NCBI GenBank assembly: GCA_050331235.1
Contig: JBHJHA010000011.1
Coordinates: 32,001-96,000 of the forward strand
Reading direction: 5' to 3'
Length of the DNA: 64,000 nt
Origin: Leptolyngbyaceae cyanobacterium
GTDB taxonomy: Bacteria; Cyanobacteriota; Cyanobacteriia; Phormidesmidales; Phormidesmidaceae
Shown here: in pieces, positions 39,888 to 49,749 of the stretch
How the letters are laid out: each line of letters starts with the position of its first letter
Position numbering within the stretch: the stretch's first letter is position 1
The notes under the pieces: generated by a model
Seen by the model: only the letters and a program-made list of their open reading frames with translations
Databases searched by the model: none
Told to the model about the DNA's origin: nothing
Program-made: the position numbers and the translations under genes

Positions 39888-41561
39888 ATGACCTCTGAGA
39901 ATTATGGGCATAGCCAGCCTGAGGAGCATTTTCAACGAATGCCAGAGCATGCGCCCACTCGCCACCTTGATCGTCGACCGGGCGATCGCAACATCACCGC
40001 TAGGGGGTTCGACTTTCATCCTGAGGTGTTTTTAGTTTCAGGAGGACTAATCCTACTGTTTGTGGTGTTGACCCTCATCTTCCAGGCACCGGCTGAGAGT
40101 CTTTTTGGTCAAATCCAGTCTTTTATCGCGGGCTCGTTGGGCTGGTTCCTGATTTTGTCTGTATCTGTTTTCTTGGTATTTACCGTCTATATCGCCTTTA
40201 GCAAGTTAGGCAAAGTGCGTTTGGGCGGTCCTGATGCAAAACCAGAGTTTCCCACCTTCGCTTGGATTGCCATGCTCATCAGCGCTGGTATGGGCATTGG
40301 TCTCATGTTTTGGAGCGTGGCAGAGCCGATTTACCATTTCCAGTCGCCCCCAGCTTTGCTCGGCGAGATTCCGCCTAACTCGGCAGATGCCGCCAAACAG
40401 GCCCTGGGCATTACCTTCTTCCACTGGGGTCTGCATGCTTGGGGCATTTATGCCTTAGTTGGTTTATCCCTCGCATTTTTCACCTATAACTGGGGCCTCC
40501 CACTGACCATTCGTTCCGTTTTCTTTCCCCTGTTGGGCGAGAAGATCTATGGCTGGCCCGGCAATATGATTGATATCCTAGCCGTTGCGTCCACTTTGTT
40601 TGGACTAGCAACATCCTTGGGCTTTGGGGTACAGCAGGTCAACGCCGGACTAAATTTCCTGTTTGGCTTAGATACCAGCACTACGGTTCAGGTCGGATTA
40701 ATCGCCATCATCACGGGCTTTGCTACAGCCTCAGTCGTCTCCGGTCTGGGAAATGGAGTACGGCGACTGAGTGAGCTGAATATGATTTTGGCCGCCACCC
40801 TGATGGTGTTTGTTCTGTTAGTAGGACCCACCTTATTCATCTTCAACTCCTTTGTGGAGACGGTAGGCTACTACGCCGCTTCCCTACCGACGATGAGTTT
40901 CTGGACAGAAACCTTTTCGGGTACTGACTGGCAAAATAGCTGGACTGTCTTTTACTGGGGATGGTGGGTCTCTTGGTCACCATTTGTTGGTATCTTCATT
41001 GCTCGGGTCTCCAGGGGACGGACGGTTCGTGAATTCATTCTGGGCGTTTTGCTCTTGCCCTCCTTGCTGACGTTTTTGTGGATGTCAGTCTTTGGCGGCA
41101 CAGCCCTCAACTTTGAACTGGGCGCTGAGACCAGTGGCGTCATTAGCAGTGCCGTCAGCGAAAACGTTGCAACGGCTCTGTTCGTGATGCTGGAGCAACT
41201 GCCGCTAACCGGGCTGACCTCCTTTGTAGGCATTCTCCTGGTAGTCGTATTCTTCGTCACCTCTTCTGATTCGGGTTCTTTGGTGGTCGACAGTTTGACC
41301 TCTGGCGGCAAGCTTGAATCACCCATACCGCAGCGAGTTTTTTGGGCGGTGATGGAGGGCGTCGTGGCAGCTGCCCTCTTGTTAGGAGGTGGATTGTCGG
41401 CCTTGCAAACTGCAGCGATTACCACGGGCCTACCCTTTGCCATTGTGCTGTTGGTGATGTGTTACAGCATCTACAGAGGTTTGCAGTACGAGCACGATGT
41501 CATTCACGTCAAGGACAAGCTAAAGGAGTCAGAAGCTGCAGAAACGGCGATCGCCCCTTAA
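39888..41561 (+). CDS. BCCT family transporter (glycine betaine:Na+ symporter-like)
   Basis: SAGMGIGLMFWSVAEP, FFHWGLHAWGIYA, WTVFYWGWWVSWSPFVGIFIARVSRGRT and FFVTSSDSG. Confidence 0.95.
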   Translation: MTSENYGHSQPEEHFQRMPEHAPTRHLDRRPGDRNITARGFDFHPEVFLVSGGLILLFVVLTLIFQAPAESLFGQIQSFIAGSLGWFLILSVSVFLVFTVYIAFSKLGKVRLGGPDAKPEFPTFAWIAMLISAGMGIGLMFWSVAEPIYHFQSPPALLGEIPPNSADAAKQALGITFFHWGLHAWGIYALVGLSLAFFTYNWGLPLTIRSVFFPLLGEKIYGWPGNMIDILAVASTLFGLATSLGFGVQQVNAGLNFLFGLDTSTTVQVGLIAIITGFATASVVSGLGNGVRRLSELNMILAATLMVFVLLVGPTLFIFNSFVETVGYYAASLPTMSFWTETFSGTDWQNSWTVFYWGWWVSWSPFVGIFIARVSRGRTVREFILGVLLLPSLLTFLWMSVFGGTALNFELGAETSGVISSAVSENVATALFVMLEQLPLTGLTSFVGILLVVVFFVTSSDSGSLVVDSLTSGGKLESPIPQRVFWAVMEGVVAAALLLGGGLSALQTAAITTGLPFAIVLLVMCYSIYRGLQYEHDVIHVKDKLKESEAAETAIAP

Positions 41562-41584
41562 TCGCCTCAGCTTCTCATCTCTCG

Positions 41585-41617
41585 GAGAGATCCTCGATGG
41601 GTACTCTTGGATCTCTC
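41585..41617 (+). other. Intercistronic stem-loop between the BCCT and sarcosine oxidase genes
   Basis: GAGAGATCC...GGATCTCTC 9-bp stem without a clear U-tract. Confidence 0.45.
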
Positions 41618-41698
41618 TATCGGGTTCTTAATCCTCAAACACGGCACCATCCCTAGCAAACTCTATCGGTTCACCTTTCGCTAGGAGCTTGGTTTGTC

Positions 41699-42856
41699 AT
41701 GACCACCCATTTTGATGCAATCGTTATTGGCGCTGGTGGCGTCGGCAGCGCAGCGGCCTACTATCTGGCCAAAGCGGGGCAAAAAGTATTGTTGCTAGAG
41801 CAATTTGAGCTCAATCATCAATACGGCAGTTCCTATGGCTTTTCGCGGGTTATCCGATACACCTATGACAATCCAACCTACGTCGACCTCATGCGCGACG
41901 CCTACCCCCTCTGGTTTGCCTTACAAACCGAAGCTGGAGAAGAGCTATATATCAAAACAGGTGGATTGGACTTTGGATTTCCCGATGTCGATACCTTTCA
42001 GCGGTTAAAAAGCAGTTTAGACACCTCTGGTCTGGACTATGAGCACCTCACTCACTCCGACATTGCCGAGCGCTATCCACAATTTGCCCTATCTGATGGC
42101 ATGGAAGGGCTGTTTCACGCTGAGTCCGGCTTACTCAAGGCATCTCGCTGCGTCTTGGCCCACATTCGACTGGCCCGGGCCCGAGGGGCAACCGTTGTCG
42201 ACCAAACCCCCGTCTTGAAAATCACACCGACAGAGTTTGGGGTTGAAGTGCAAACCGCTCAGACTACCTATGGGTGCGATCGCCTCGTCTTAACGACCGG
42301 CAGCTGGGCTAGAGGACTTTTAGCGGCACAGGGCATCGAACTGCCGCTCAAGATCATGCCCTGTCAGCTAGGCTTTTACCAACCGCAGCAGCCAGAAAAT
42401 TTTACGCCAGATCAGTTTCCCGTCTTTTTTGCCCATATGAATGGCGACTATGGCGAAATGCCCTATGGAATTCCCCATAAAGATGCCAGCATTGGCCTCA
42501 AAATCACGACATTTTATGGCTGGCAAACGGTTGACACCCCCAGCGAAGTCGATTACACCCCGAGTCTAGACTGGGCCGAGCGTATCCGCACTTGGGCGCA
42601 GCAGTATATGCCCACTGCAGCGGGGCCTCTGTTATCGACTCGTCGGTGTCTTTATACGCTGACTCCGGATAAAGATTTTGTGGTAGATTGCCATCCCTAC
42701 CATCCTCAAGTTGTCATTGGTGCTGGGTTTTCAGGCCACGGCTTTAAATTCACCACATTAATGGGCAAAATGCTCGCTGACCTTGCCGTTCAAGGCAGTA
42801 CTCCCCACGACACTAGTCGGTTCAAGTTGGCTCGATTTCAATTGGTTACAGCATAG
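41699..42856 (+). CDS. Monomeric sarcosine oxidase (MSOX/SolA family)
   Basis: IGAGGVG, GSSYGFSRVIR, CLYTLTPDKDFVVD (covalent-flavin Cys) and GFSGHGFKF. Confidence 0.9.
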   Translation: MTTHFDAIVIGAGGVGSAAAYYLAKAGQKVLLLEQFELNHQYGSSYGFSRVIRYTYDNPTYVDLMRDAYPLWFALQTEAGEELYIKTGGLDFGFPDVDTFQRLKSSLDTSGLDYEHLTHSDIAERYPQFALSDGMEGLFHAESGLLKASRCVLAHIRLARARGATVVDQTPVLKITPTEFGVEVQTAQTTYGCDRLVLTTGSWARGLLAAQGIELPLKIMPCQLGFYQPQQPENFTPDQFPVFFAHMNGDYGEMPYGIPHKDASIGLKITTFYGWQTVDTPSEVDYTPSLDWAERIRTWAQQYMPTAAGPLLSTRRCLYTLTPDKDFVVDCHPYHPQVVIGAGFSGHGFKFTTLMGKMLADLAVQGSTPHDTSRFKLARFQLVTA

Positions 42857-42943
42857 TGCTTACGGCGGCGATCGCCGTCTCTAAACTGATCACGCGCAGA
42901 GCCTGACGCGCTATTCCACCATTCCTCAACTATTTTCGATAAG

Positions 42944-43717
42944 ATGCCAGGGGATAGTCAGCGGATGATGACAATTTTTATGGTTCCCCATGGGCAGGAG
43001 ACCGACAAGCAGCCCCTACATGTGGCGATTTCTGAGCAGCTCAAAGCCAAAATTGAGTCCGGGCAATATCGCCCCGGTGAGCGCTTGCCTAGTGAGTTTG
43101 ATCTCGGTGAAATTTTTGAGGTCAGTCGCACAACCATTCGTAAGGCAATCGCCAATTTGATCCAGCAGGGGCTGGTCACCACCCAGCAGGGTAAAGGGAT
43201 TTTTGTCACAGAGCAGCACAAGATCAGCTTCTCGATGTCAAATCCCCTCATGTATTTCGACGCTGCTCTTAAGCAACAGGGCTATGTTGGTAGCGTTCAG
43301 TCCCTGCGATTTCAGCTGACCCGACCTTTGCCAGAGGTACAGCAGCAGCTGAGACTGGGCGATCGCACCAAGGTTTTTTGGCAAGAAAAGATCTATTACG
43401 CCGACGAAACGCCGATTGCTTTAGACATTACCTATTATCCAGAGGCGATCGGCGAGGCCTTGGGAGACGAATTACAGCGGGGCTTTACCTACAGCACGTT
43501 AGTTGACCGAGGCATCCACTTAAACGGTGCCAAAGTCAGCTTAGAAAGCATACCTGCCAGTTATGAATTGAGTGAGTATCTCGCCATTCCTTTAGGCATG
43601 CCATTGCTGGTCTTTAACTACGTCGCATTTCGAGCGGATCAGGTCCCTGTTGTGTGTGGCAAAACCTTATCTCGTTCTGACTGGACCTGCTACACCGCCG
43701 AGATTGCTCAGGTTTAA
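42944..43717 (+). CDS. GntR family regulator, HutC subfamily (UTRA domain)
   Basis: GERLPSEFDL..FEVSRTTIRKAI..L..QQGKGIFV winged HTH plus a ~150-aa UTRA-like domain. Confidence 0.92.
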   Translation: MPGDSQRMMTIFMVPHGQETDKQPLHVAISEQLKAKIESGQYRPGERLPSEFDLGEIFEVSRTTIRKAIANLIQQGLVTTQQGKGIFVTEQHKISFSMSNPLMYFDAALKQQGYVGSVQSLRFQLTRPLPEVQQQLRLGDRTKVFWQEKIYYADETPIALDITYYPEAIGEALGDELQRGFTYSTLVDRGIHLNGAKVSLESIPASYELSEYLAIPLGMPLLVFNYVAFRADQVPVVCGKTLSRSDWTCYTAEIAQV

Positions 43718-43951
43718 CCCGGATTTGACCAGTCTCCTGGTCGCAGCACGGAATTGGCCCCAAACGAAAAATTCCCTCTGTCCTAAACAACCCTTTAAAT
43801 GCAATAACAGTTTCTTGTTGGGAATAACAGATACGTGCGGCTGCCGATTAATTTTAGTTGCGGTAGCTTCTCTTGATTGACACATCAAATACGATAGTTT
43901 CAGATATCCATGTGGGCATTTCATGCCCACCTACTCTGACATTGACAGCGA

Positions 43952-45469
43952 TCAGTCAGATTGTAATCGCTGTTTGAGGTGGTCACTCAAGGAGCTGCGC
44001 GAAGCTAGGCGAGCTTTGCCAGATGCCGCCCAAGCCTGTAGTGCATCGACCTGTTCTTGGGCAGTCCGCGCTAATGGCACGATTTGGCTGGCGGCCTCTA
44101 AAATATCTTCCGTAGTGAAGTCACGATTTTGGCTAAATCCAATGTGCATCGCTTCAACAATCGCCTGCTCGATTTCAGCACCTGAAAAGCTGGGCGTTTC
44201 GTAAGCCAGGCGCTCCATGTCGTAACTTTGTAAGTTGTGGGCGCGTAAACGACCTAGATGAACTTCGTAGATCGCTTTGCGTTCCTCTTGAGTAGGAAGT
44301 CCCACAAAAAAGATTTCATCGAAACGACCCCGCCGCAGCAGTTCTGGAGGCAAGGATTGAATGTTGTTAGCCGTCGCCACTACAAATACTGGAGACGCTT
44401 TTTCTGCCATCCAGGTAATGAAAGTCCCAAAAACCCGACTGCTAGTGCCAGCATCACCGCGACCATCGACTCCGGCAAAAGCCTTGTCAATTTCATCAAT
44501 CCACAGAATACAGGGTGCCAGCGCTTCAGAAATTTGGATCATTTGCCGCGTTCGGGATTCTGACTCGCCAATCAACCCGGCAAACAGCCGACCGACATCT
44601 AATCGGAGGAGCGGGAGATGCCAGTGATGGGCGATCGCCTTAGCCGTCAGAGATTTTCCAGTACCTTGGATGCCTACCAGCAGCAAGCCACGGGGATAAG
44701 GGAGGCCATACTGTCGAGCTTTGGCGGAGAAAGCATTACCTCGACGTAGCAGCCAATCTTTGAGATTATCGAGACCCCCAATCTCAGAAATTTGCTCCTT
44801 TGCCGGATAGAAGTCCAGGATTTGAGTCTGTCGAATAGTTTGACGTTTTTCCTCCAGGACTAGCTCAATATCATCGGGGCAAAAAGTTCCCCGAGCGGCA
44901 ATTCCCCGGGCGAGAACTCGCCGAATCCGCTCCATGGATAACCCTTGACAAGATTGCACCAGCGCATCCAAATCAGCAGAGGACAGTTGAACATTTAAGC
45001 CGTCTAATAAGCGCGTCACCTCGGCGCGGATTTCCGTCACGTCAGGGAGCGCAAACTCAATAATGGTAACGACCTCGGTTAAGTCGTCGGGGATTTGCAC
45101 CTGAGGCGCTAGTAGGATGATATTTTTGGCCTGGGACTTTAACCGACGGGCCAGGTTTCTCAGTTTTCGAGAAATGGCAACGTCCTCTAAAAATCGATGA
45201 TAATCGCGGAGGACAAACAGCGCCGCGACAGACTCTGATAGCTTTTCAACCTGCTCGAGCGCTTGCAGCGGATTACGCCGAGCCACGCCCTGATCGTTTG
45301 GGTTACCACGGTAACCATCAACAAAGTCCCAGGTGTAGAGATTGCGGTTGTTTAGCTGTTGCGCCACATTCGCGATAGCCTGTTCAGCCCGTTCTTCTTC
45401 CAGCGTCGACAGATAGATGACGGGATAACGCGCCCGCAAGAATAGCAGTAATTCGTCTTGGAAGCTCAT
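43952..45469 (-). CDS. ycf46: Ycf46 AAA+ ATPase
   Basis: LRARYPVIY, IGGLDNLKDWL, GIQGTGKS, LWIDEIDK and LRRGRFDEIFFV. Confidence 0.93.
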   Translation of the reverse strand: MSFQDELLLFLRARYPVIYLSTLEEERAEQAIANVAQQLNNRNLYTWDFVDGYRGNPNDQGVARRNPLQALEQVEKLSESVAALFVLRDYHRFLEDVAISRKLRNLARRLKSQAKNIILLAPQVQIPDDLTEVVTIIEFALPDVTEIRAEVTRLLDGLNVQLSSADLDALVQSCQGLSMERIRRVLARGIAARGTFCPDDIELVLEEKRQTIRQTQILDFYPAKEQISEIGGLDNLKDWLLRRGNAFSAKARQYGLPYPRGLLLVGIQGTGKSLTAKAIAHHWHLPLLRLDVGRLFAGLIGESESRTRQMIQISEALAPCILWIDEIDKAFAGVDGRGDAGTSSRVFGTFITWMAEKASPVFVVATANNIQSLPPELLRRGRFDEIFFVGLPTQEERKAIYEVHLGRLRAHNLQSYDMERLAYETPSFSGAEIEQAIVEAMHIGFSQNRDFTTEDILEAASQIVPLARTAQEQVDALQAWAASGKARLASRSSLSDHLKQRLQSD

Positions 45470-45519
45470 GTCAATCTCTGGCTGACAATTGTCTAGCGTT
45501 TCTTTCGGATTGCCTAGGC

Positions 45520-46047
45520 CTATGGGCGGGGTGATTCGTCACTGGTCAGCTGCTGTTTAAGCGCTTCTAACACTGACCAGCGCTCATCTACGACAGGACT
45601 GGCATGCGGCTGAGGGGATTCAACGGTCAACCCCTGACAGTTAGCATCACAAACCTGCCGTTGCGGCAGTTGCAAACAGATCTGCTCATAAATCCAAGTT
45701 TCAGGATCAAAGTATCCGTAAGGCGACAGACTCTCCACTAAATCCTCAAGGCTTACCTCCTGCTCCAAGGGTAACCCCTGAGCAGCCGCAGCAGATTCAT
45801 CTAACCAGATAATCTCATGGGCATCGACTACGACCCGATGGTTGTATTGCTGCAAACAGCGATCGCAAGATAGCGTCACAATGGTAGACGCTGTCCCCTT
45901 GACTTCCAAAAAAGTCGTGCCGTGCCGCATCGACACTTCAGCCCTAACCGGGGTCAGCGTCTTCAAATCATCGAAATCGACTTCAAACTGCAGCGATCGA
46001 GTCCGATTGACCGCATTGAGCAGATGTGGAATGTAAACCGCCGGCAT
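45520..46047 (-). CDS. yceD: YceD/DUF177 metal-binding protein
   Basis: CDRCL, CDANCQG and DERWSVL; conserved operon position. Confidence 0.9.
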   Translation of the reverse strand: MPAVYIPHLLNAVNRTRSLQFEVDFDDLKTLTPVRAEVSMRHGTTFLEVKGTASTIVTLSCDRCLQQYNHRVVVDAHEIIWLDESAAAAQGLPLEQEVSLEDLVESLSPYGYFDPETWIYEQICLQLPQRQVCDANCQGLTVESPQPHASPVVDERWSVLEALKQQLTSDESPRP

Positions 46048-46095
46048 TATGTCACTCCTCAACTCTGCCAAACATTTTGAACTCGTCATGCAACT

Positions 46096-46602
46096 CTAGT
46101 CAGACTCAGTATTAGAATCTGCTAACTGACGCACAACCAACCGTCGATCAGGTTCACGACCTCGACTAAACGTTTCCAAGCCTTCATACGAGTTCAGAAA
46201 ATGATGCACCTGCCGACGTTCAGCTGAAGACAGCGCTACCATTTCAAACTCTTCGCCAGTTTCCTGAGCCGTTGTAGCAGCTTCCGTTGCGAGTGCCATC
46301 AGTTCAGACTTACGCTTAGTTCGATGCCCCGCCAGTTCAATCGTGTAGGGCTGCTGCTCGCCCGGGTCACACCCTAAATTCAAAGTCGTGTTTGCAAGGT
46401 ACTGAATCGCATCTAAAGCATGTCCCTGCTCGCCAATCAGCTTAGCTATCTCCTGATCCGATAGCTGAGCATCGCGAATGATCAGCCACAAACTCGAGCC
46501 AAACTCATCATCAACTAGAGAAGCATCAACTTTAGTCTCTATCCCTTGAAAAGCCAACAGAGACTGCAGCCATTCAATCCCTTTCTGTTCCGGATTTGCC
46601 AT
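46096..46602 (-). CDS. jag: Jag/EloR RNA-binding protein (KH + R3H)
   Basis: LIGEQGHALDAIQYL, ERRQVH and SRGREPDRRLVV. Confidence 0.9.
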   Translation of the reverse strand: MANPEQKGIEWLQSLLAFQGIETKVDASLVDDEFGSSLWLIIRDAQLSDQEIAKLIGEQGHALDAIQYLANTTLNLGCDPGEQQPYTIELAGHRTKRKSELMALATEAATTAQETGEEFEMVALSSAERRQVHHFLNSYEGLETFSRGREPDRRLVVRQLADSNTESD

Positions 46603-46608
46603 TGTTGT

Positions 46609-47763
46609 CTACGATGCCTTTTTCTTCTTTTTAGAGCGCCCAGGCTCAAACGGTAGCGTCTGACGACTATCGTCCGACTCATCATCAGACTGCGCATCGA
46701 CAATCTTTTGAAGGTTTTCCGGCAAGGGTTCTCTAGAAAGAATAAAACTCTGCAGAGTTTGAAAGATGTTGGCAATCACCATGTACATCAAGACGCCGGC
46801 TGGCAACGGAAAAAATAAAAACATCCCCGAGAAAATGATAGGCGTAAACTTATTGATGGCCGCTTGCTGAGGATTATCGCTGCTCGACCCACCTTGTCCA
46901 GAGAGCAGCTGATTGACATATAAGCTGACGCCAAAGGTCAAGACCATGAGTAAAATATCCCAGTGGATAGCACCATCATCGCCTCTAACGCCAACGCGTC
47001 CTAATGCCTCAATAAATAGGAAGCCCTTACCTGCAGCTAACCCAGGAACCTTAACTTGCAACGTCACATCACCCGGAGCGATCGCTTCAATCGTCCCATC
47101 CTCAGCGATGTTGACTAGCTGTTCACCCTTAGTAACCTCAACGTAGGGTTGAACATCAGATGCACTGCTGTACCCCTGTGCGATTTTTTCTAAGGACTCG
47201 CCCTGCTCGTCCTGAATCTGAAAGTCTGTCTTTTCGCCAACTGCCAGACGATTCCCCCCTGGAATGGTGACCGACATCGGGAAATGCACACCATCAGTCA
47301 CATAAATACTCTTGGAAGACGTAGAAAAGGCCTGAGGCTGAATCTGCTCGACCTTATCGGAGGTAAGAATTTGTAAGTTGACTGGATAAGCAACATCGGC
47401 AAAGGGCGATCCTCGCAGAGTCGCGAACAAAGCAAATAAGATCGGCATCTGCAGCAAGACAGGAAAGCAGCCTGCCAAAGGGTTACCAAATTCTTTGTAA
47501 ACTTTGCTCATTTCCTCCTGTAATTTCGGAGGATCATCCTTATAACGCTCTTGAATTTCTTTCACCCGCTTTTGCATGACGGGTTGAGCAACTTTCATGC
47601 GCCGCATGTTTCGAATTGACCCTGCATTTAGCGGGTAAAGCGCAAACCGAATCACCAATGTCAAAGCGACAATCGCCAAACCGTAGCTCGGCACAACCCC
47701 ATAGAAAAAATCTAGGATTGGCAACATGATGTTGTTTGAAAGGAAGCCGATACCAAAATCCAT
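46609..47763 (-). CDS. yidC: Membrane protein insertase YidC/Alb3
   Basis: [35 protein letters not shown] and PAGVLMY. Confidence 0.96.
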   Translation of the reverse strand: MDFGIGFLSNNIMLPILDFFYGVVPSYGLAIVALTLVIRFALYPLNAGSIRNMRRMKVAQPVMQKRVKEIQERYKDDPPKLQEEMSKVYKEFGNPLAGCFPVLLQMPILFALFATLRGSPFADVAYPVNLQILTSDKVEQIQPQAFSTSSKSIYVTDGVHFPMSVTIPGGNRLAVGEKTDFQIQDEQGESLEKIAQGYSSASDVQPYVEVTKGEQLVNIAEDGTIEAIAPGDVTLQVKVPGLAAGKGFLFIEALGRVGVRGDDGAIHWDILLMVLTFGVSLYVNQLLSGQGGSSSDNPQQAAINKFTPIIFSGMFLFFPLPAGVLMYMVIANIFQTLQSFILSREPLPENLQKIVDAQSDDESDDSRQTLPFEPGRSKKKKKAS

Positions 47764-47939
47764 TCGCGCTCTACCTCTGTGGGCCTATCTAATGTACGCT
47801 GCGTCCGAGTAAACCTCTAATAGGGTAACTCCCAGAGGGGCAGTCTGAAACCTCGAGACGATTCAGTCATTAGCCTAAGCTACTTCACACCTAGCCTCGT
47901 TACGGTTTTCACCCCAAGAAAACAAATTCTACTCACGCA

Positions 47940-48332
47940 TTAGGTGCCAATTGCCCCACTGGCGGTCTGGGCTTTAGCAGGTAACTTCTCGCTGATGTAG
48001 TCATACACTTCACGGAACTTGGGCACGGCCCGGAGCTCTAGCTTGCTGCCATCTTTGAGGGTCACCACCATATCCCCCCATAGTCCTAATCCACGGGGCA
48101 CAGTGACGATTTTCTTCACTTCTGAATAAATAATGTCAGAGCGAGTCCGCCCCATCCAGCCACCAGTAATGGAGATGCGACGGCTAGTAATGCGATAGCG
48201 TAACCACAAGGCCCGGACGATCGCACCAATAGTCAAGGGAATGCAGACCAATGTAAAAGCCAACAGCACATTAATAATCAAGTCGCCCACATGGGGACCC
48301 CCTTCGTAGAAAACCTCCTCCTTAATGCCCTT
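47940..48332 (-). CDS. Bacterial PH-domain membrane protein of the rnpA-yidC operon (start codon anomalous)
   Basis: The frame reads (K)GIKEEVFYEGGPHVGDLII...RYRITSRRISITGG...WGDMVVTLKDG. The ORF track starts at GTG 48290, but the conserved N-terminus extends to 48332. Confidence 0.8.
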   Translation of the reverse strand, partial: KGIKEEVFYEGGPHVGDLIINVLLAFTLVCIPLTIGAIVRALWLRYRITSRRISITGGWMGRTRSDIIYSEVKKIVTVPRGLGLWGDMVVTLKDGSKLELRAVPKFREVYDYISEKLPAKAQTASGAIGT

Positions 48333-48702
48333 CTAAAACCTCAAGATCTAAAAATAACTTTTCTAATTCTCGCAGAAATTGCCAATAGTCGCACTGGGTA
48401 GCAGCACTGCGAAGCACCACTACCACCCATAAACCTGGCGACAACTGCGGAAGCAGTGTTTGCAGTGCTGCTCGAACTTGCCGCTTTAACCGATTACGAA
48501 CGACGGCCCGCTTGCTGACTTTTTGGCTAATAGTTATGCCAAAACGGGAGCAAACTGTTGAGGTCGAATCTTCTGACACGTTGAGGACTCTGACCACTAA
48601 GTGCCCTGTAGATGCTTGTCGACCGACTCGATAAACCTGCGAAAACTCTCTTGTTCGATTGAGTCGATGCTGCTTAGGTAAAGCCACTTTGGCATCTGCC
48701 AT
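48322..48702 (-). CDS. rnpA: Ribonuclease P protein component
   Basis: LPKQHRL, RFGITISQKVSKRAVVRNRLKR (RNR motif). Start may be the GTG at 48687. Confidence 0.95.
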   Translation of the reverse strand: MADAKVALPKQHRLNRTREFSQVYRVGRQASTGHLVVRVLNVSEDSTSTVCSRFGITISQKVSKRAVVRNRLKRQVRAALQTLLPQLSPGLWVVVVLRSAATQCDYWQFLRELEKLFLDLEVLEGH

Positions 48703-48804
48703 TCAGCGTCAGCCTGCACTTCAAAAGCCAGGCGAGTAGTTACCAAGAAATCAAGCGTTGTCCGCGTGAGGACTACGGAATCGAGAAAGACACGAAGGAA
48801 TGCC

Positions 48805-48942
48805 TTAGACGGCCAGCCGAGCCCGCCCACGACGACGACGATTTCGGATTACGCGACGCCCCGTAGCGGTCCGCATGCGAGCTCGAAAGCCCGAAGTCCG
48901 CTTTTGCTTACGATTTGTTCCACCTAATGTTCTTTTGCTCAT
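48805..48942 (-). CDS. rpmH: 50S ribosomal protein L34
   Basis: Below the ORF-track cutoff. Manual translation: [45 protein letters not shown]. Confidence 0.97.
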   Translation of the reverse strand: MSKRTLGGTNRKQKRTSGFRARMRTATGRRVIRNRRRRGRARLAV

Positions 48943-49194
48943 GATCTTTTCCCTTTACTTCAATCTCTGCTAGTTAGCGCTGCAGGCACTTCAACAAGGC
49001 AATAGGATATCGGCCTTCGTTTCTAAAAGCGGCTTCCCATCGTAGCATTAACCCAGAAATCGTGAAAGCATCGCAGAAGTAACCAGAACTTTTCCCATAC
49101 ACAGGCAAACCCTTTAGGCTCTGTGCATGGGCAGTTTGAGCGTCTCGGGGCGTGAGCGAGGGGGCCGAGACTGTAGCTGTTCGGTATATGAAAT

Positions 49195-49749
49195 CTACTC
49201 GGCAGATACCTCCAGTGGCCAAATCCCCACCAGTTCCCGAAGAGGACCGCCCTGATAAAGCGCATCGAGATAGAAGTAGAAGTTGTTATAGCGATTGGGG
49301 TTGCGGACCTCGTGGAAAACAACCACAAAGCTGCTATTAGGCTCTATAGGATCAATTGGATAAATCTCAAAGGTATTGGTTTCTTCATCGTAGACCACCT
49401 CATCGACGGGAATAGTCGCCCCCCCGCGCCCCGATCCTTCGCGTAGCTCTACTCGAGCTTTAGTAAAGTATCCACCTTGGTCTTCAAACTCTTCCGGATA
49501 CGTAATTTGCAGCTCCAAGATTTCTTCATTCACCTTACGCCCTGCCACTTGCAGGTAGTAACGCGCATCCGGGCTGCGGCGCTCATTGTTATCAATGAAG
49601 TAGCCCAGACGGTACTCTGAATCAACGCCACCAAAAATCGTAAAACCACCCGTCGTGCTTTGCGCGATCGCACTACTGCTAGCGATTGCCAAGCTAGACG
49701 CAGCAAAAGCTCCCATCAAACCCCGATGTAGCCATTTCTTAAGTGACAT
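49195..49749 (-). CDS. DUF2808-like exported protein
   Basis: Signal peptide, GFTIFGGVD, RYYL, EIYPIDPI and VRNP; typical position upstream of rpmH. Confidence 0.75.
   Translation of the reverse strand: MSLKKWLHRGLMGAFAASSLAIASSSAIAQSTTGGFTIFGGVDSEYRLGYFIDNNERRSPDARYYLQVAGRKVNEEILELQITYPEEFEDQGGYFTKARVELREGSGRGGATIPVDEVVYDEETNTFEIYPIDPIEPNSSFVVVFHEVRNPNRYNNFYFYLDALYQGGPLRELVGIWPLEVSAE

Noticed and set aside
49195..49749. EGSGR in the DUF2808-like protein as a PatS/PatX motif
   Set aside because: It lacks the first Arg of RGSGR and is unrelated in context.
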